A stretch of DNA of 64,000 bases from Actinomycetota bacterium (GTDB taxonomy: Bacteria > Actinomycetota > Acidimicrobiia > Spongiisociales > UBA4744): NCBI GenBank assembly GCA_013152275.1, contig JAADGS010000023.1, positions 1 through 64,000 on the forward strand. Reading direction: 5' to 3'. Below, in pieces: positions 20,462 through 32,657 of the stretch; the first letter of the stretch is position 1; each line of letters opens with the position of its first letter. The notes beneath the pieces are model-generated. The model did no database searches, had not been told where the DNA came from, and saw only the letters and a program-made list of their open reading frames with translations. The position numbers and the translations under genes are program-made.

Positions 20462-21303
20462 GTGATGTCTCCGCTCTGTGTCCTGCACTGGAATTCCTGG
20501 AGCTTCCGGTGTTCGAATTCGAGATAGGTCCGGTTGCGGAGCGTGAGGAGTTCGAAGTCCACCTGGTGCGCATCGAACTCGGGGCCATCGACGCAAGCGA
20601 ACTTGGTCTCGCCGCCGACGCTCACGCGACAACCACCGCACATGCCGGTGCCGTCCACCATGATCGGGTTCAGACTCACCACCGTCTTGATGCCGTAAGG
20701 CCGGGTTACGTCTGCCACGGCTTTCATCATCGGAATCGGGCCGATGGCAAGAACGTGGTCGATCGTGCGCCCGGTGTCGAGGAGCTCTTGGAGCTTTTCG
20801 GTGACGAAACCGTGGAATCCGTAGCTGCCGTCGTCCGTGGTCGGGTAGACCTCATCACACACTTCGCCGAGTTCCTGTTCGAGAATGACGTACTCGCGGC
20901 TGCGACCACCGACGATGGCGAGGACGCTGTTGCCGGCCTCCTTGAGTGCGACGGCGGTAGGGTAGGCGATGGCGGTTCCCACGCCTCCACCGATGGACAC
21001 CGCCGTTCCGAAGTTCTCGATGTGCGAGGGGACGCCGAGCGGACCTGCCACATCGGCGATCAGATCTCCCGATTCCAGCAGGTTGAGGGCCATGGTCGTC
21101 TTGCCGACTCCTTGTACGATCAGGGAGATCCAACCTTCTGTGACATCTGCGTCGCTGATGGTCAGGGGGATACGCTCGCCGTGTTCGTCCAGCCGTACGA
21201 TGACGAACTGTCCTGGCAGGCGCTTCCGAGCGATACGGGGTGCCTCGATGTGGAAGCGCTTCACTTCGGGAGCGAGGAAATCGGCCTTGAGAATACGGAA
21301 CAT
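20458..21303 (-). CDS. NfnA/SudB-like FAD/NAD-binding [2Fe-2S] subunit
   Basis: GERIPLTI, GGGVG, MVDGTGMCGGCRV, CVDGPEF; overlaps the nfnB-like gene. Confidence 0.92.
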   Translation of the reverse strand: MFRILKADFLAPEVKRFHIEAPRIARKRLPGQFVIVRLDEHGERIPLTISDADVTEGWISLIVQGVGKTTMALNLLESGDLIADVAGPLGVPSHIENFGTAVSIGGGVGTAIAYPTAVALKEAGNSVLAIVGGRSREYVILEQELGEVCDEVYPTTDDGSYGFHGFVTEKLQELLDTGRTIDHVLAIGPIPMMKAVADVTRPYGIKTVVSLNPIMVDGTGMCGGCRVSVGGETKFACVDGPEFDAHQVDFELLTLRNRTYLEFEHRKLQEFQCRTQSGDIT

Positions 21304-21421
21304 GCTGTCTCCTTGTCCCGCCATTCTTGTCCTTTCCGGAGCGATAGTGAAACCTGGCGGGATTCGGATTCGGGCTCGGATGGTCACGATGTACGCGTCC
21401 TGGCAGTTCTGGTTGCCCGGT

Positions 21422-21449
21422 TTGACAACCACCCGGAAACAGTTACAGT
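21422..21449 (+). promoter_or_regulatory. probable rrn promoter
   Basis: TTGACA (21422-21427), 16 nt, TACAGT (21444-21449), about 280 nt upstream of 16S. Confidence 0.65.
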
Positions 21450-21563
21450 TCCACTCCCCGGGGGTTGTCCGCCGGGGTCGGTGCCCGCCGACATGAGTCG
21501 GTAGAGCGAATTGAAACCCCCAGGGGTTGGAACGCTGCCCAGACATTGTCTGAGCGCTCCGGG

Positions 21564-21589
21564 CTCCTTGACAACTAAACAGCGTGCCA
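21564..21589 (+). promoter_or_regulatory. rrn leader boxA-like / 16S processing stem 5' arm
   Basis: CTCCTTGACAACTAAACAGCGTGCCA is complementary to 23349-23374 in the ITS. Confidence 0.8.
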
Positions 21590-21726
21590 AATAGTCAGTA
21601 ATCCATCTCGGCGGTTCGCCGTTCGAGGTGGACGTACTCCAGCGCGTCTCGGGATGTCAAGCTCGAGGCGCATAGGAAACCTCTCTGACAGTGTGAAGGC
21701 GACCCTTCGGGGAAGCTTGAATCTGT

Positions 21727-23258
<1,532 letters not shown>

Positions 23259-23973
23259 AAGGAGCAAACCCGAGGCTTAGGCCTCGTAGCTCTTAGTTGA
23301 TTTACTGAGTATTGTTCACCGAAGAGGCTTCGGTCTCAAACGTGGACATGGCACGCTGTTTAGTTGTGAGGGAGTTCGGTCTAAGGATCGTCTCTCTTGA
23401 CGGCACCTTGAGAACTGCATAGCGAGCATGTATAACGTTTTGGATTCTATCTATCCAAGCTACTAAGGGTCTACGATGGATGCCTTGGCGCTAGGAGCCG
23501 ATGAAGGACGCGGCAGGCTGCGAAAAGCCCCGGGGAGCTGTCAAGCGAGCTTCGATCCGGGGATGTCCGAATGGGGAAACCCGGCTGGGGTAATGCCCAG
23601 TCACTCCGGTCTGAATATATAGGACCGGCAGAGGGAACCGGGGGAATTGAAACATCTCAGTACCCCGAGGAACGGAAAGCAATAGCGACTTCCCGAGTAG
23701 CGGCGAGCGAAAGGGAATGAGCCTAAACCGGTGTGGTGGAATAGCCCGGTGGCGTTGCCACACCGAGGTCGTGGGACCTACCCGACGGGACACCGGAACC
23801 GTCAAGGAGTTACAAAATCGAACGGTAGCTGAACCTGTCTGGAACGACAGGCCGCAGAAGGTAACAGCCCTGTAAGCGAAGCCGTATCGATCTCCTGGTG
23901 GAGTTCCCAAGTAGCACGGGGGATATCCCGTGTGAATCTGCGAGGACCACCTCGTAAGGCTAAGTACTTCCTA

Positions 23974-24015
<42 letters not shown>

Positions 24016-24583
24016 CACCCCGGTGAGGGGAGTGAAAGAGAACCTGAAATCGTGGACCTACAAGCAGTGGGAGGGGATCTTTGATCCCTGACCGCCTGCC
24101 TTTTGAAGAATGAGCCGGCGAGTCAGCAGTACGTGGCAAGGTTAAGGCGTGTGCCGAAGCCGCAGCGAAAGCGAGTCTGAATAGGGCGTCGAGTCGCGTG
24201 CTCTGGACCCGAATCCGAGTGATCTATCCATGGGCAGGGTGAAGCGAGGGTAAGACCTCGTGGAGGCCCGAACCCACCAAGGTTGAAAACTTGGGGGATG
24301 ACCTGTGGATAGGGGTGAAAGGCCAAGCAAACTCGGTGATAGCTGGTTCTCCCCGAAATAGCTTTAGGGCTAGCGTTGTATGTTTCGCCATGGGGGTAGA
24401 GCACTGATTGGGCTAGGGGGCCAACAAGCTTACTGACCCCAGTCAAACTCCGAATCTCATGGCTTTAGAATACAGCAGTCAGACTGCGGGGGATGAGCTT
24501 CGTAGTCGAAAGGGAAACAGCCCAGACCGCCAGCTAAGGCCCCTAAATCCGAACTTAGTGGGAAACGATGTGGAGTCGCCCAA

Positions 24584-24632
<49 letters not shown>

Positions 24633-25527
24633 CAGCTCACTGGTCGAGTGATTCTGCGCGGAAAATGTAACGGGGCTCAAGTTCGGTGCCGAAGCTGCGG
24701 GATTCTGTCATGAGCTCGACCTGTACCTCTAGGGGTGCGGGTCCAGGCGACAGGATCGGTAGGGGAGCGTCGAGCAGCCCTCGAAGCGGCGGCGTGAGCC
24801 AGCCGTGGAGGCTGCCCGAGTGCGAATGCCGGCATGAGTAGCGAAAGAGGAGTGAGAATCTCCTCCGCCGAATGTCCAAGGGTTCCTGGGGAAGGTTCGT
24901 CCGCCCAGGGTTAGTCGGGACCTAAGGTGAGGCCGAAAGGCGTAATCGATGGAGAACGGGTTGATATTCCCGTACCGCCTCGCGTGCGATCCGGCCGAAT
25001 CCAGTGTGCTAAGGAAAGCCCTTCGGGGCCTACCGAACCTGCTGGTAGTAGGCGAACAATGGGGTGACGCGGAAGGGTAAGCGGACCCGGGCGTTGGTTG
25101 ACCCGGGGTAAGTGTGTAGGGAGAGGTCCAGGCAAATCCGGATCTCGTGATTCCCGAGGCACGATGCCGAGCCGATTCAGGCGAAGCCGCTGAACGCCCA
25201 AGCCGCCAAGAAAAACCTCTAGTGAGTGCGCAGGCGCCCGTACCCCAAACCGACACAGGTGGACAGGTAGAGAATACCAAGGCGAGCGAGAGAACCCTGG
25301 TTAAGGAACTCGGCAAATTGGCCCCGTAACTTCGGGAGAAGGGGCGCCCCGGTAAGGTGTAGGACTCGCGTCCGAAGCCTGAGGGGGCCGCAGAAACCAG
25401 GCCCAAGCGACTGTTTACTAAAAACACAGGAGCGTGCTAAGTCGCAAGACGACGTATACGCTCTGACGCCTGCCCGGTGCCGGAAGGTCAAGCGGAGGGG
25501 TTAGCCGTAAGGCGAAGCTCTGAAGTC

Positions 25528-26116
<589 letters not shown>

Positions 26117-26395
26117 CGACTTGGGCACTGTCTCAACCAGGGACTCGGCGAAATTGCATTGTGAGTAAAGATGCTCACTACCCGCGACAGGACGGAAAGA
26201 CCCCGGAACCTTTACTGCAACTTGGCATTGGAGTCTGGTATACGATGTGTAGGATAGGTGGGAGACTTGGAAGCGTCGGCGTCAGCCGGCGTGGAGTCAA
26301 CCTTGAAATACCACCCTTCGTATAGCGGGCTTCTAACCTCGATCCGTTATCCGGATCAGGGACAGTGCCTGGTGGGCAGTTTCACTGGGGCGGTG

Positions 26396-26437
<42 letters not shown>

Positions 26438-26567
26438 CTGGTCGGCAATCAGGCGTTGAGTGTAAAGGCACAAGGGAGCTTGACTGTGAGACCTACAAGT
26501 CGAGCAGGGACGAAAGTCGGGCTTAATGATCCCATGGTGGCATGTGGAAGCGCCATGGCTCATCGGC

Positions 26568-26598
<31 letters not shown>

Positions 26599-26622
26599 GC
26601 GCCCAAGAGTCCATATCGACGG

Positions 26623-26704
<82 letters not shown>

Positions 26705-26723
26705 CGGCACGCGAGCTGGGTTT

Positions 26724-26755
<32 letters not shown>

Positions 26756-26780
26756 TCGTGGGCGTAGGAGATTTGCGGGG

Positions 26781-26814
<34 letters not shown>

Positions 26815-27093
26815 TACCTCTGGTGTGCCAGTTGTCCTGCCAAGGGCACGGCTGGTTGGCTAAGTACGGAAGGGATAAGCGCTGAAGGCATCTAAGTGCG
26901 AAGCCCACCTCAAGATGAGATCTCCCACCGAAAGGGTAAGGCCCCTGGTAGACGACCAGGTTGATAGGCCGGATGTGTAAGCACAGTGATGTGTTGAGCT
27001 GACCGGTACTAATCGGCCGAGGGCTTGGATTTGAATCCAACTCTGCATACATGCTCGCTATGGAGTGCTCGGGGTGCCGAGCGCTCACCGGGT

Positions 27094-27210
<117 letters not shown>

Positions 27211-27222
27211 TACATATGTGAC

Positions 27223-27255
27223 AGATGGGCCGCCTCGTTGGCGGCCCATCTTGTT
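27223..27255 (+). terminator. rrn terminator hairpin
   Basis: AGATGGGCCGCC-TCGTT-GGCGGCCCATCT followed by TGTT. Confidence 0.7.
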
Positions 27256-27268
27256 GGAGGAGCTACGC

Positions 27269-28021
27269 ATGCCCAGCGATGGACGGAATAGAGACCGAAC
27301 CAGAAAGTGGCGGGACGGCGACGGTCCGCGGCCCGGTCGGGGAGGACGGGACACGGAGCGACGCATCGTCACCGGCAAGGGCACGACACTCCCCAAGTGG
27401 TTACGTGAGGAGATCACGCGGGTGACCCGAAAGGACCGCCTGGAAGAGACCCTGTACCTTCTCGAGGCAGGCACGGACGCGTTCGCCGGCGGGCAGTTCC
27501 GCAAAGCACGTTCTCTGCTGCTCAAGACGAAGCAGTTGTCTCCGCGAGCCTCCGCCGTTCGGGAATTGCTCGGACTCAGCTCCTATCGCAGCGGGCTCTG
27601 GAAAGAGGCGTTGACGGAACTGAGAACCTACCGTCGTCTCACCGGAGACACCGTGCACATGCCGGTGGAGATGGACGTGCTCCGTGCGCTCGACCGTGAC
27701 GAGGACGTTCGGCGTGTGTGGGAAGAGCTCATGGAACTCGGCGGAAGACCGGAGGTGGTCAAGGAAGGTCGTGTGGTGTTCGCCTCCTTTCTGATCGACC
27801 ATGGCGATGCTCGTGCCGCATGGGAGATCGCCAACCCGAAGCGCCTCTCCCAGAATCCTTTCGAGGATGACCTGCGCCAGTGGTTCGTGGCTGCTCGCGC
27901 CGCTTCACTCCTCAAGGACCGTGAGACCGCTCTCAAGCTTGCGAAGGCCATCGAGAAGCACGATCCGGCGATGCCCGGGTTGGATGACCTGCGAGCTGCG
28001 ATACGAAACATCGACGCCTAG
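27269..28021 (+). CDS. TPR-like conserved actinobacterial protein
   Basis: SD GGAGG; helical repeat VRELLGLSSYRSGLWKEALTELRTYRRLTG; similar genes commonly follow rrn in actinobacteria. Confidence 0.7.
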   Translation: MPSDGRNRDRTRKWRDGDGPRPGRGGRDTERRIVTGKGTTLPKWLREEITRVTRKDRLEETLYLLEAGTDAFAGGQFRKARSLLLKTKQLSPRASAVRELLGLSSYRSGLWKEALTELRTYRRLTGDTVHMPVEMDVLRALDRDEDVRRVWEELMELGGRPEVVKEGRVVFASFLIDHGDARAAWEIANPKRLSQNPFEDDLRQWFVAARAASLLKDRETALKLAKAIEKHDPAMPGLDDLRAAIRNIDA

Positions 28022-28074
28022 ACTCAAGCGCAGGGCGTCGGCTGCCGATGCCCACTGTTGTGTCAGGGAAACAG

Positions 28075-28890
28075 ATGCTGCAAAGAGGTTTTCTCGTCAT
28101 CGCGGGAGTGGTTCTGCTGACGGCGCTTCCTTTTGGGAGTCGTGTCGCTGCCGTCTCCTTCGACGACCCGAACGTTTTCGGGTACGGCGAGGGTTGGAGC
28201 CCTCCGGCCGAACTCCGTGTCGGATCCAGTGGGCATGGTGTGGTCCAGCTCCAGCGGCGCCTCGGTGAGATCGGATTCCGACCGGGTCCGATCGACGGGC
28301 GGTATGGTGAGGCTCTGAGCGCGGCCGTGGTTGCCTTCCAGAAAGCTCATGGTCTCCCTCGTGATGGCATCTTTCGCTCAGCGGACTGGGAGCTTCTCGA
28401 TGAGCCCATCAGCGTCGGAGACGCGGCGGCGCCGGATCGTGTGGAAATCGACTTGGGACGTCAGGTGCTGTTCCTCATCGAGAACCAGACGGTGGCGAGC
28501 ATCCTGCCGATCTCATCGGGGAGTGGAGGCACGTATCGCGGACAAGGCGGGGGACTCTCGAAAGCCCGCACTCCCGAAGGGGCATTCTCCTTCTACCGTC
28601 ATGTCGACGGGTGGAGGATTTCGTATCTCGGCGGGCTCTATGAGCCGTACTACTTTCGGGGAGGGTACGCGGTTCACGGGTCTGGGAGCGTTCCCGCCTA
28701 CCCGGCCTCTCATGGATGCGTGCGCGTCCGGATTCCGGACATGAACTATCTCCTCGGACGGTTGCGACTCGGAATGCCGGTCTACGTGTATGGTGACACG
28801 TCGAGCAGAAGTGACGTGGTCACCCCTCTGCAGATGCCCGTGATCGAGCGTGTCGAGTTCAGCCTTCCCGCTCGGCTAGCCATCGCCTGA
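28075..28890 (+). CDS. L,D-transpeptidase (YkuD) with peptidoglycan-binding domain
   Basis: Signal-like N-terminus, LQRRL..DG.YG..AV.AFQ PG-binding motif, HG...PASHGCVR catalytic motif. Confidence 0.9.
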   Translation: MLQRGFLVIAGVVLLTALPFGSRVAAVSFDDPNVFGYGEGWSPPAELRVGSSGHGVVQLQRRLGEIGFRPGPIDGRYGEALSAAVVAFQKAHGLPRDGIFRSADWELLDEPISVGDAAAPDRVEIDLGRQVLFLIENQTVASILPISSGSGGTYRGQGGGLSKARTPEGAFSFYRHVDGWRISYLGGLYEPYYFRGGYAVHGSGSVPAYPASHGCVRVRIPDMNYLLGRLRLGMPVYVYGDTSSRSDVVTPLQMPVIERVEFSLPARLAIA

Positions 28891-29782
28891 TCCCGGCAGC
28901 CTGCATCGGCCAGTTGGTCTTTTCGGCATACGAGGCGATCGCCTCCTCCGAATGACCGAAGGCGCGATACTTGTCCGCCGTCCACACCCTGAGGCGCTCG
29001 CCCGCCGCTTCGTTTGACATCCCGGAGAATGTCGACATCACCTCCACCCATTCGCGCAGGCGTTCTTCGGCTTCGATCATCGTGGTCTCGACGTCGTAGC
29101 GTGGACCGAAGTGGGCAAACCCGAGGAAGCTCGGACGACGATCCAGCATTCTTCCCATTTGTGCAATCTGCTCGTCCGGATCGAAATCCGGCGGCGGTGT
29201 CACAGGCTGAACGAAGTGCCCGTGCGGATAGCAGAGGCCGAGGGCGTCCCCGACGAACATGCCACCCGTGTCCGAATCCTGATAGACGACATGGTGTTTC
29301 GCGTGCCCCGGCGTGTACATGACGTCGAGGTACCTTCCGTTGCCCAGGGAGATTCGGTCTCCCTCGTCCAGAATCATGAGGCGTTCGGGATCCACCGGTT
29401 CCATGGGACCCCATTGGGACGTGAGCCACTCTTCTCCGAATACGTGAATGGCCGAGGCCCACAGACGCTCCGGATTCACGAGATGTCTGGCACCCCGAGT
29501 GTGGACCCCCACCTTTGCATCGGGATATCGCTTCGCCATCTGCCCGGCACCGCCTGCATGATCCAGATGGATGTGCGTGACGACGAATGCCGCCAAATCA
29601 TCCACGCCCAGTTCGTCGAGAGCCTCGATCAGATGTCCGAGTGTTGCAGAGGGCCCAACTTCGATGAGTACCCGTTCGGGCGTATCGAAGAGGTAGCAGG
29701 CGAGACGCTCCGGTCGGCCTTCCATCCAGGCGTCGATCGCGTAAAGGTGGTCACCTATTTCAACGGCACGTACGTCATTCAT
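28859..29782 (-). CDS. metallo-beta-lactamase-fold hydrolase
   Basis: THIHLDHAGG, TPGHAKHH, GDA. Confidence 0.9.
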   Translation of the reverse strand: MNDVRAVEIGDHLYAIDAWMEGRPERLACYLFDTPERVLIEVGPSATLGHLIEALDELGVDDLAAFVVTHIHLDHAGGAGQMAKRYPDAKVGVHTRGARHLVNPERLWASAIHVFGEEWLTSQWGPMEPVDPERLMILDEGDRISLGNGRYLDVMYTPGHAKHHVVYQDSDTGGMFVGDALGLCYPHGHFVQPVTPPPDFDPDEQIAQMGRMLDRRPSFLGFAHFGPRYDVETTMIEAEERLREWVEVMSTFSGMSNEAAGERLRVWTADKYRAFGHSEEAIASYAEKTNWPMQAAGIRRWLAEREG

Positions 29783-29873
29783 GGGGACACTCTACGTCGT
29801 TTGCCGGGCGGACATGTCACACCCCTGTCCTACGGTAACCATCACCTCCCGCCTTCCCCGGAAAGGCACTGTC

Positions 29874-30197
29874 ATGGATCTCAACCTCGCAGTTCTCTGC
29901 GGACACCTGGCTGCTCCCCCCGAAGTCCGCACCTTTGATTCAGGGACACGTCTGGTCCGGTATCTCCTCACGGTTCGGAGTGAGCGGCCCCGGCGACGTG
30001 TCGACGTCCTGCCGATCACGCTGTGGGATCCGCCGGAAGAGTTGGTCGAAGACGCCCCATCGGCAGGCTCATGTCTGTGGGTGGTCGGATCGATCCAACG
30101 GCGATTCTGGGATGGACAGGAGGGTCGGCGAAGCCGTCTCGAGATCGTTGCCGAGCAGGTGACTGTCCGCCCAGAGGAGACGGCGCTTGCTCCGTGA
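29874..30197 (+). CDS. short single-stranded DNA-binding (OB-fold) protein
   Basis: N.AVL.G.L...PEVR, VVGSIQRRFW...G.RSRLEIVAE; SD AAGG. Confidence 0.8.
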   Translation: MDLNLAVLCGHLAAPPEVRTFDSGTRLVRYLLTVRSERPRRRVDVLPITLWDPPEELVEDAPSAGSCLWVVGSIQRRFWDGQEGRRSRLEIVAEQVTVRPEETALAP

Positions 30198-30297
30198 GCG
30201 CGGTCGCAACCACTGCCGGCTGTCGGCGGGCCTGGAGACACCCGGCGCGGGCCCATGGTCGCTGCGGGGTCGACGCTCCGGTTACGCTCAGGGCCTC

Positions 30298-31821
30298 ATG
30301 ACTCGAATCGCCGCTGCAGCAGTCTCGACACACGCGGCCGGCGCCGCCGAACGGATCGCGGATCAAGGTGGCAACGCCGTCGATGCGGCGATCGCTGCAT
30401 CGATCGCCGGCATGATCTCGGAACCTGGCATCGTTGCGTTGGGAGGCGGTGGTTTTCTCACCATCTGGCCTTCTGACGGGTCTCCCTGCACCGTCGACGG
30501 CTACGCGAGCATGCCCGGAAAAGGGAGGGATCCCTCCCGGTTCGGGAGTGGCATGTTCGATGCGTGGATGGCGTACGGTGGCGGCATGACCACCACCGTG
30601 GGGCATGGATCGGTGGCCGTTCCAGGCGCACTTGCAGCTTGTCAAGTTGCATCCACTCGTTTCGGGGAGCTTCCCTGGAGGCTCCTGATCGAACCGTCGG
30701 TGGATCTCGCCGAGCGCGGGTTCCCTCTCTCCGTTGCGTCGTCGCGTTATCTGGAACACTGCCATGACACCATCTTCGGCTGGCACGAACCGAGCTACGG
30801 CGCGCTTCACGATGAGAACGGCAGGGTGTTGCAGGTGGGTGAGACGGTGCATGTCGACGGCCTTGCGGAAAGTTTGCGCTTGATCGCGGAGTTCGGTGCC
30901 GACGTCTTCTACACAGGGTCCCTCGCACAGAAGATCGTTGCCGACATAGAGGCCGGCGGTGGGCTCTTGACGCAAGAAGATCTTGCAGGATACGAAGCGA
31001 TCGTTCGAGATCCCCTTCGCCTGGAGGTCTCCGGATGGGATATCGCTTCGAATCCACCGCCCGCGGTCGGGGGCGTGGCCCTGGCGGCGATGATCGCTCT
31101 GATGGATCGGGAGCCTGTCGGCGGATGGACGAAGGAGGCACTCGACCGCCTCGTCAAGGTCCAGCGCTCGGTCTTGGCGTATCGCCGGGAGCATCTCGAC
31201 GAGGCAGAGGACCTGGCGGTCGAAGCCGAGATTCTGTTGAAGATGATCGATGCAAATGGACCGGCCTGGCTGGACGCGTCTCCGTCGACCATCCACACAT
31301 CGGTCGTCGACGAACGTGGGCTTGCATGCGCCGCAACGTTCTCCGCCGGCTATGGCTCGGGAGTCATGGCCCCTGGCACGGGGATATGGTTGAACAACTC
31401 CCTCGGTGAGATCGAACTCAATCCTCGAGGTCTTCACGCGCTGGTACCGGGAGAGCGTCTCCTCTCGAACATGGCTCCGACGGTTGCCAGAGACGAATCA
31501 GATTCGGTGGTGGCCATCGGATCGCCGGGCGCCGAACGCATCACCACGGCCATCCTTCAGGCATTCCTCAACATTGCCCATCTGGGTATGAGTCTTCAGG
31601 ATGCCGTGGCACATCCGAGGATTCACGTTGAGTTCGTGGATGGGCAGGCCCGGGTCGCCTACGAGCCGGGGCCTGCAGTCGAAGGTCTGGGGTATCCAAC
31701 GAGGCCCTTCGAGCGTGAGGACATGTTCTTCGGGGGTGTTGGCGCCGTTGCCCTCCATGCCGACGGCACGATGGAGGCGGGAATCGACCCGCGTCGGTCG
31801 GGAGCCGCAGTCCTGACCTGA
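30298..31821 (+). CDS. gamma-glutamyltransferase family protein
   Basis: GGNAVDAAIA, LGGGGF, STIHTSVVD, LNNSLG, SNMAP, GSPG. Confidence 0.92.
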   Translation: MTRIAAAAVSTHAAGAAERIADQGGNAVDAAIAASIAGMISEPGIVALGGGGFLTIWPSDGSPCTVDGYASMPGKGRDPSRFGSGMFDAWMAYGGGMTTTVGHGSVAVPGALAACQVASTRFGELPWRLLIEPSVDLAERGFPLSVASSRYLEHCHDTIFGWHEPSYGALHDENGRVLQVGETVHVDGLAESLRLIAEFGADVFYTGSLAQKIVADIEAGGGLLTQEDLAGYEAIVRDPLRLEVSGWDIASNPPPAVGGVALAAMIALMDREPVGGWTKEALDRLVKVQRSVLAYRREHLDEAEDLAVEAEILLKMIDANGPAWLDASPSTIHTSVVDERGLACAATFSAGYGSGVMAPGTGIWLNNSLGEIELNPRGLHALVPGERLLSNMAPTVARDESDSVVAIGSPGAERITTAILQAFLNIAHLGMSLQDAVAHPRIHVEFVDGQARVAYEPGPAVEGLGYPTRPFEREDMFFGGVGAVALHADGTMEAGIDPRRSGAAVLT

Positions 31822-31948
31822 GAGTCGCCGTTCACGTATACGCGGGTGAAACTCCACGACTGTGTTTCCGCAGGTCCGGTGCTCTTGACACGAGCGGTAC
31901 GGTGAGATCGTCTTCCTCATCCACCCACTCATTCTCTGGAGGTGCACA

Positions 31949-32128
31949 ATGCGATGGTTCTGGACCGACGATCTGGCGGCTGCTCTCACAGCTCACGATC
32001 ATCTCGGTTCGGAACAGATCGCCCGGTGGATCGAACGTCCGGTGGCCCACGCGGCAGCCGACGACGCTACCGCGCTCGAAGTCGCTCTCGGCCTTCTGGA
32101 GGCATCGGAGCAGGACTCGGCTGCATAG
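31949..32128 (+). CDS. small hypothetical protein (59 aa), below the ORF-track cutoff
   Basis: SD GGAGGT before ATG; MRWFWTDDLAAAL...EQDSAA; fills an intergenic gap. Confidence 0.6.
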   Translation: MRWFWTDDLAAALTAHDHLGSEQIARWIERPVAHAAADDATALEVALGLLEASEQDSAA

Positions 32129-32267
32129 AATCCGGAGCCGTTGTGGGGAGCACACACCCCCTCGGCGGTCGGATCCCTCGTGCTCGACACGGCCGTTCTT
32201 GCTCGCGGTCACCGCGCGAAATGCTGGTTGCCGGTCTGTCGGAGACTCAGGAGGTACCATCCGTCAC

Positions 32268-32657
32268 GTGACGAAACGTACGAATCGCTGTTCGTGGTGC
32301 GGGGGAGAGCTGCCCAAACGCAAGGGCCCTGGAAGGCCAAGGCGCTACTGCAAGCAGAGCTGCCGCCAGCAGGCCCACATCGCTCGCAAGCTGGCGAATG
32401 CGCACGGTCTCGGTGCAGACGACGTTCTGGTATCGCGCGGCGACCTCGAGGAGCTTCAGGGACTTCTGTACGGTCTCGAGACGGCGCTGGAGGATGTTGC
32501 AGGCGATCTGGATGGAGCCGGAGCGGATGGCGCCGCCTATCGGGAGGCCTTCGAATGGCTGCGTACCGCGGCGGAACCGCTCGCCGCGTTCTGGATGGAA
32601 CCCAAGGCTGCTCACAGCGGTTCGAAGGTCGCTCCTCGCGCCGATTCGACGACGTAG
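32268..32657 (+). CDS. hypothetical Zn-finger protein (CxxC...CxxxC)
   Basis: CSWCGGELP..GPGRPRRYCKQSCRQQA; TACCAT -10 box 7 nt upstream. Confidence 0.75.
   Translation: MTKRTNRCSWCGGELPKRKGPGRPRRYCKQSCRQQAHIARKLANAHGLGADDVLVSRGDLEELQGLLYGLETALEDVAGDLDGAGADGAAYREAFEWLRTAAEPLAAFWMEPKAAHSGSKVAPRADSTT

Noticed and set aside
21568..21573. TTGACA as a second rrn promoter
   Set aside because: It is part of the boxA/processing stem and has no convincing -10.
23259..23452. tRNA in the 16S-23S spacer
   Set aside because: No cloverleaf or TTC loop; the spacer is explained by processing stems.
24700..25060. Extra sequence in 23S helix 45 and domain III as further introns/IVS
   Set aside because: Short hairpin expansions of the kind normal for actinobacterial 23S.
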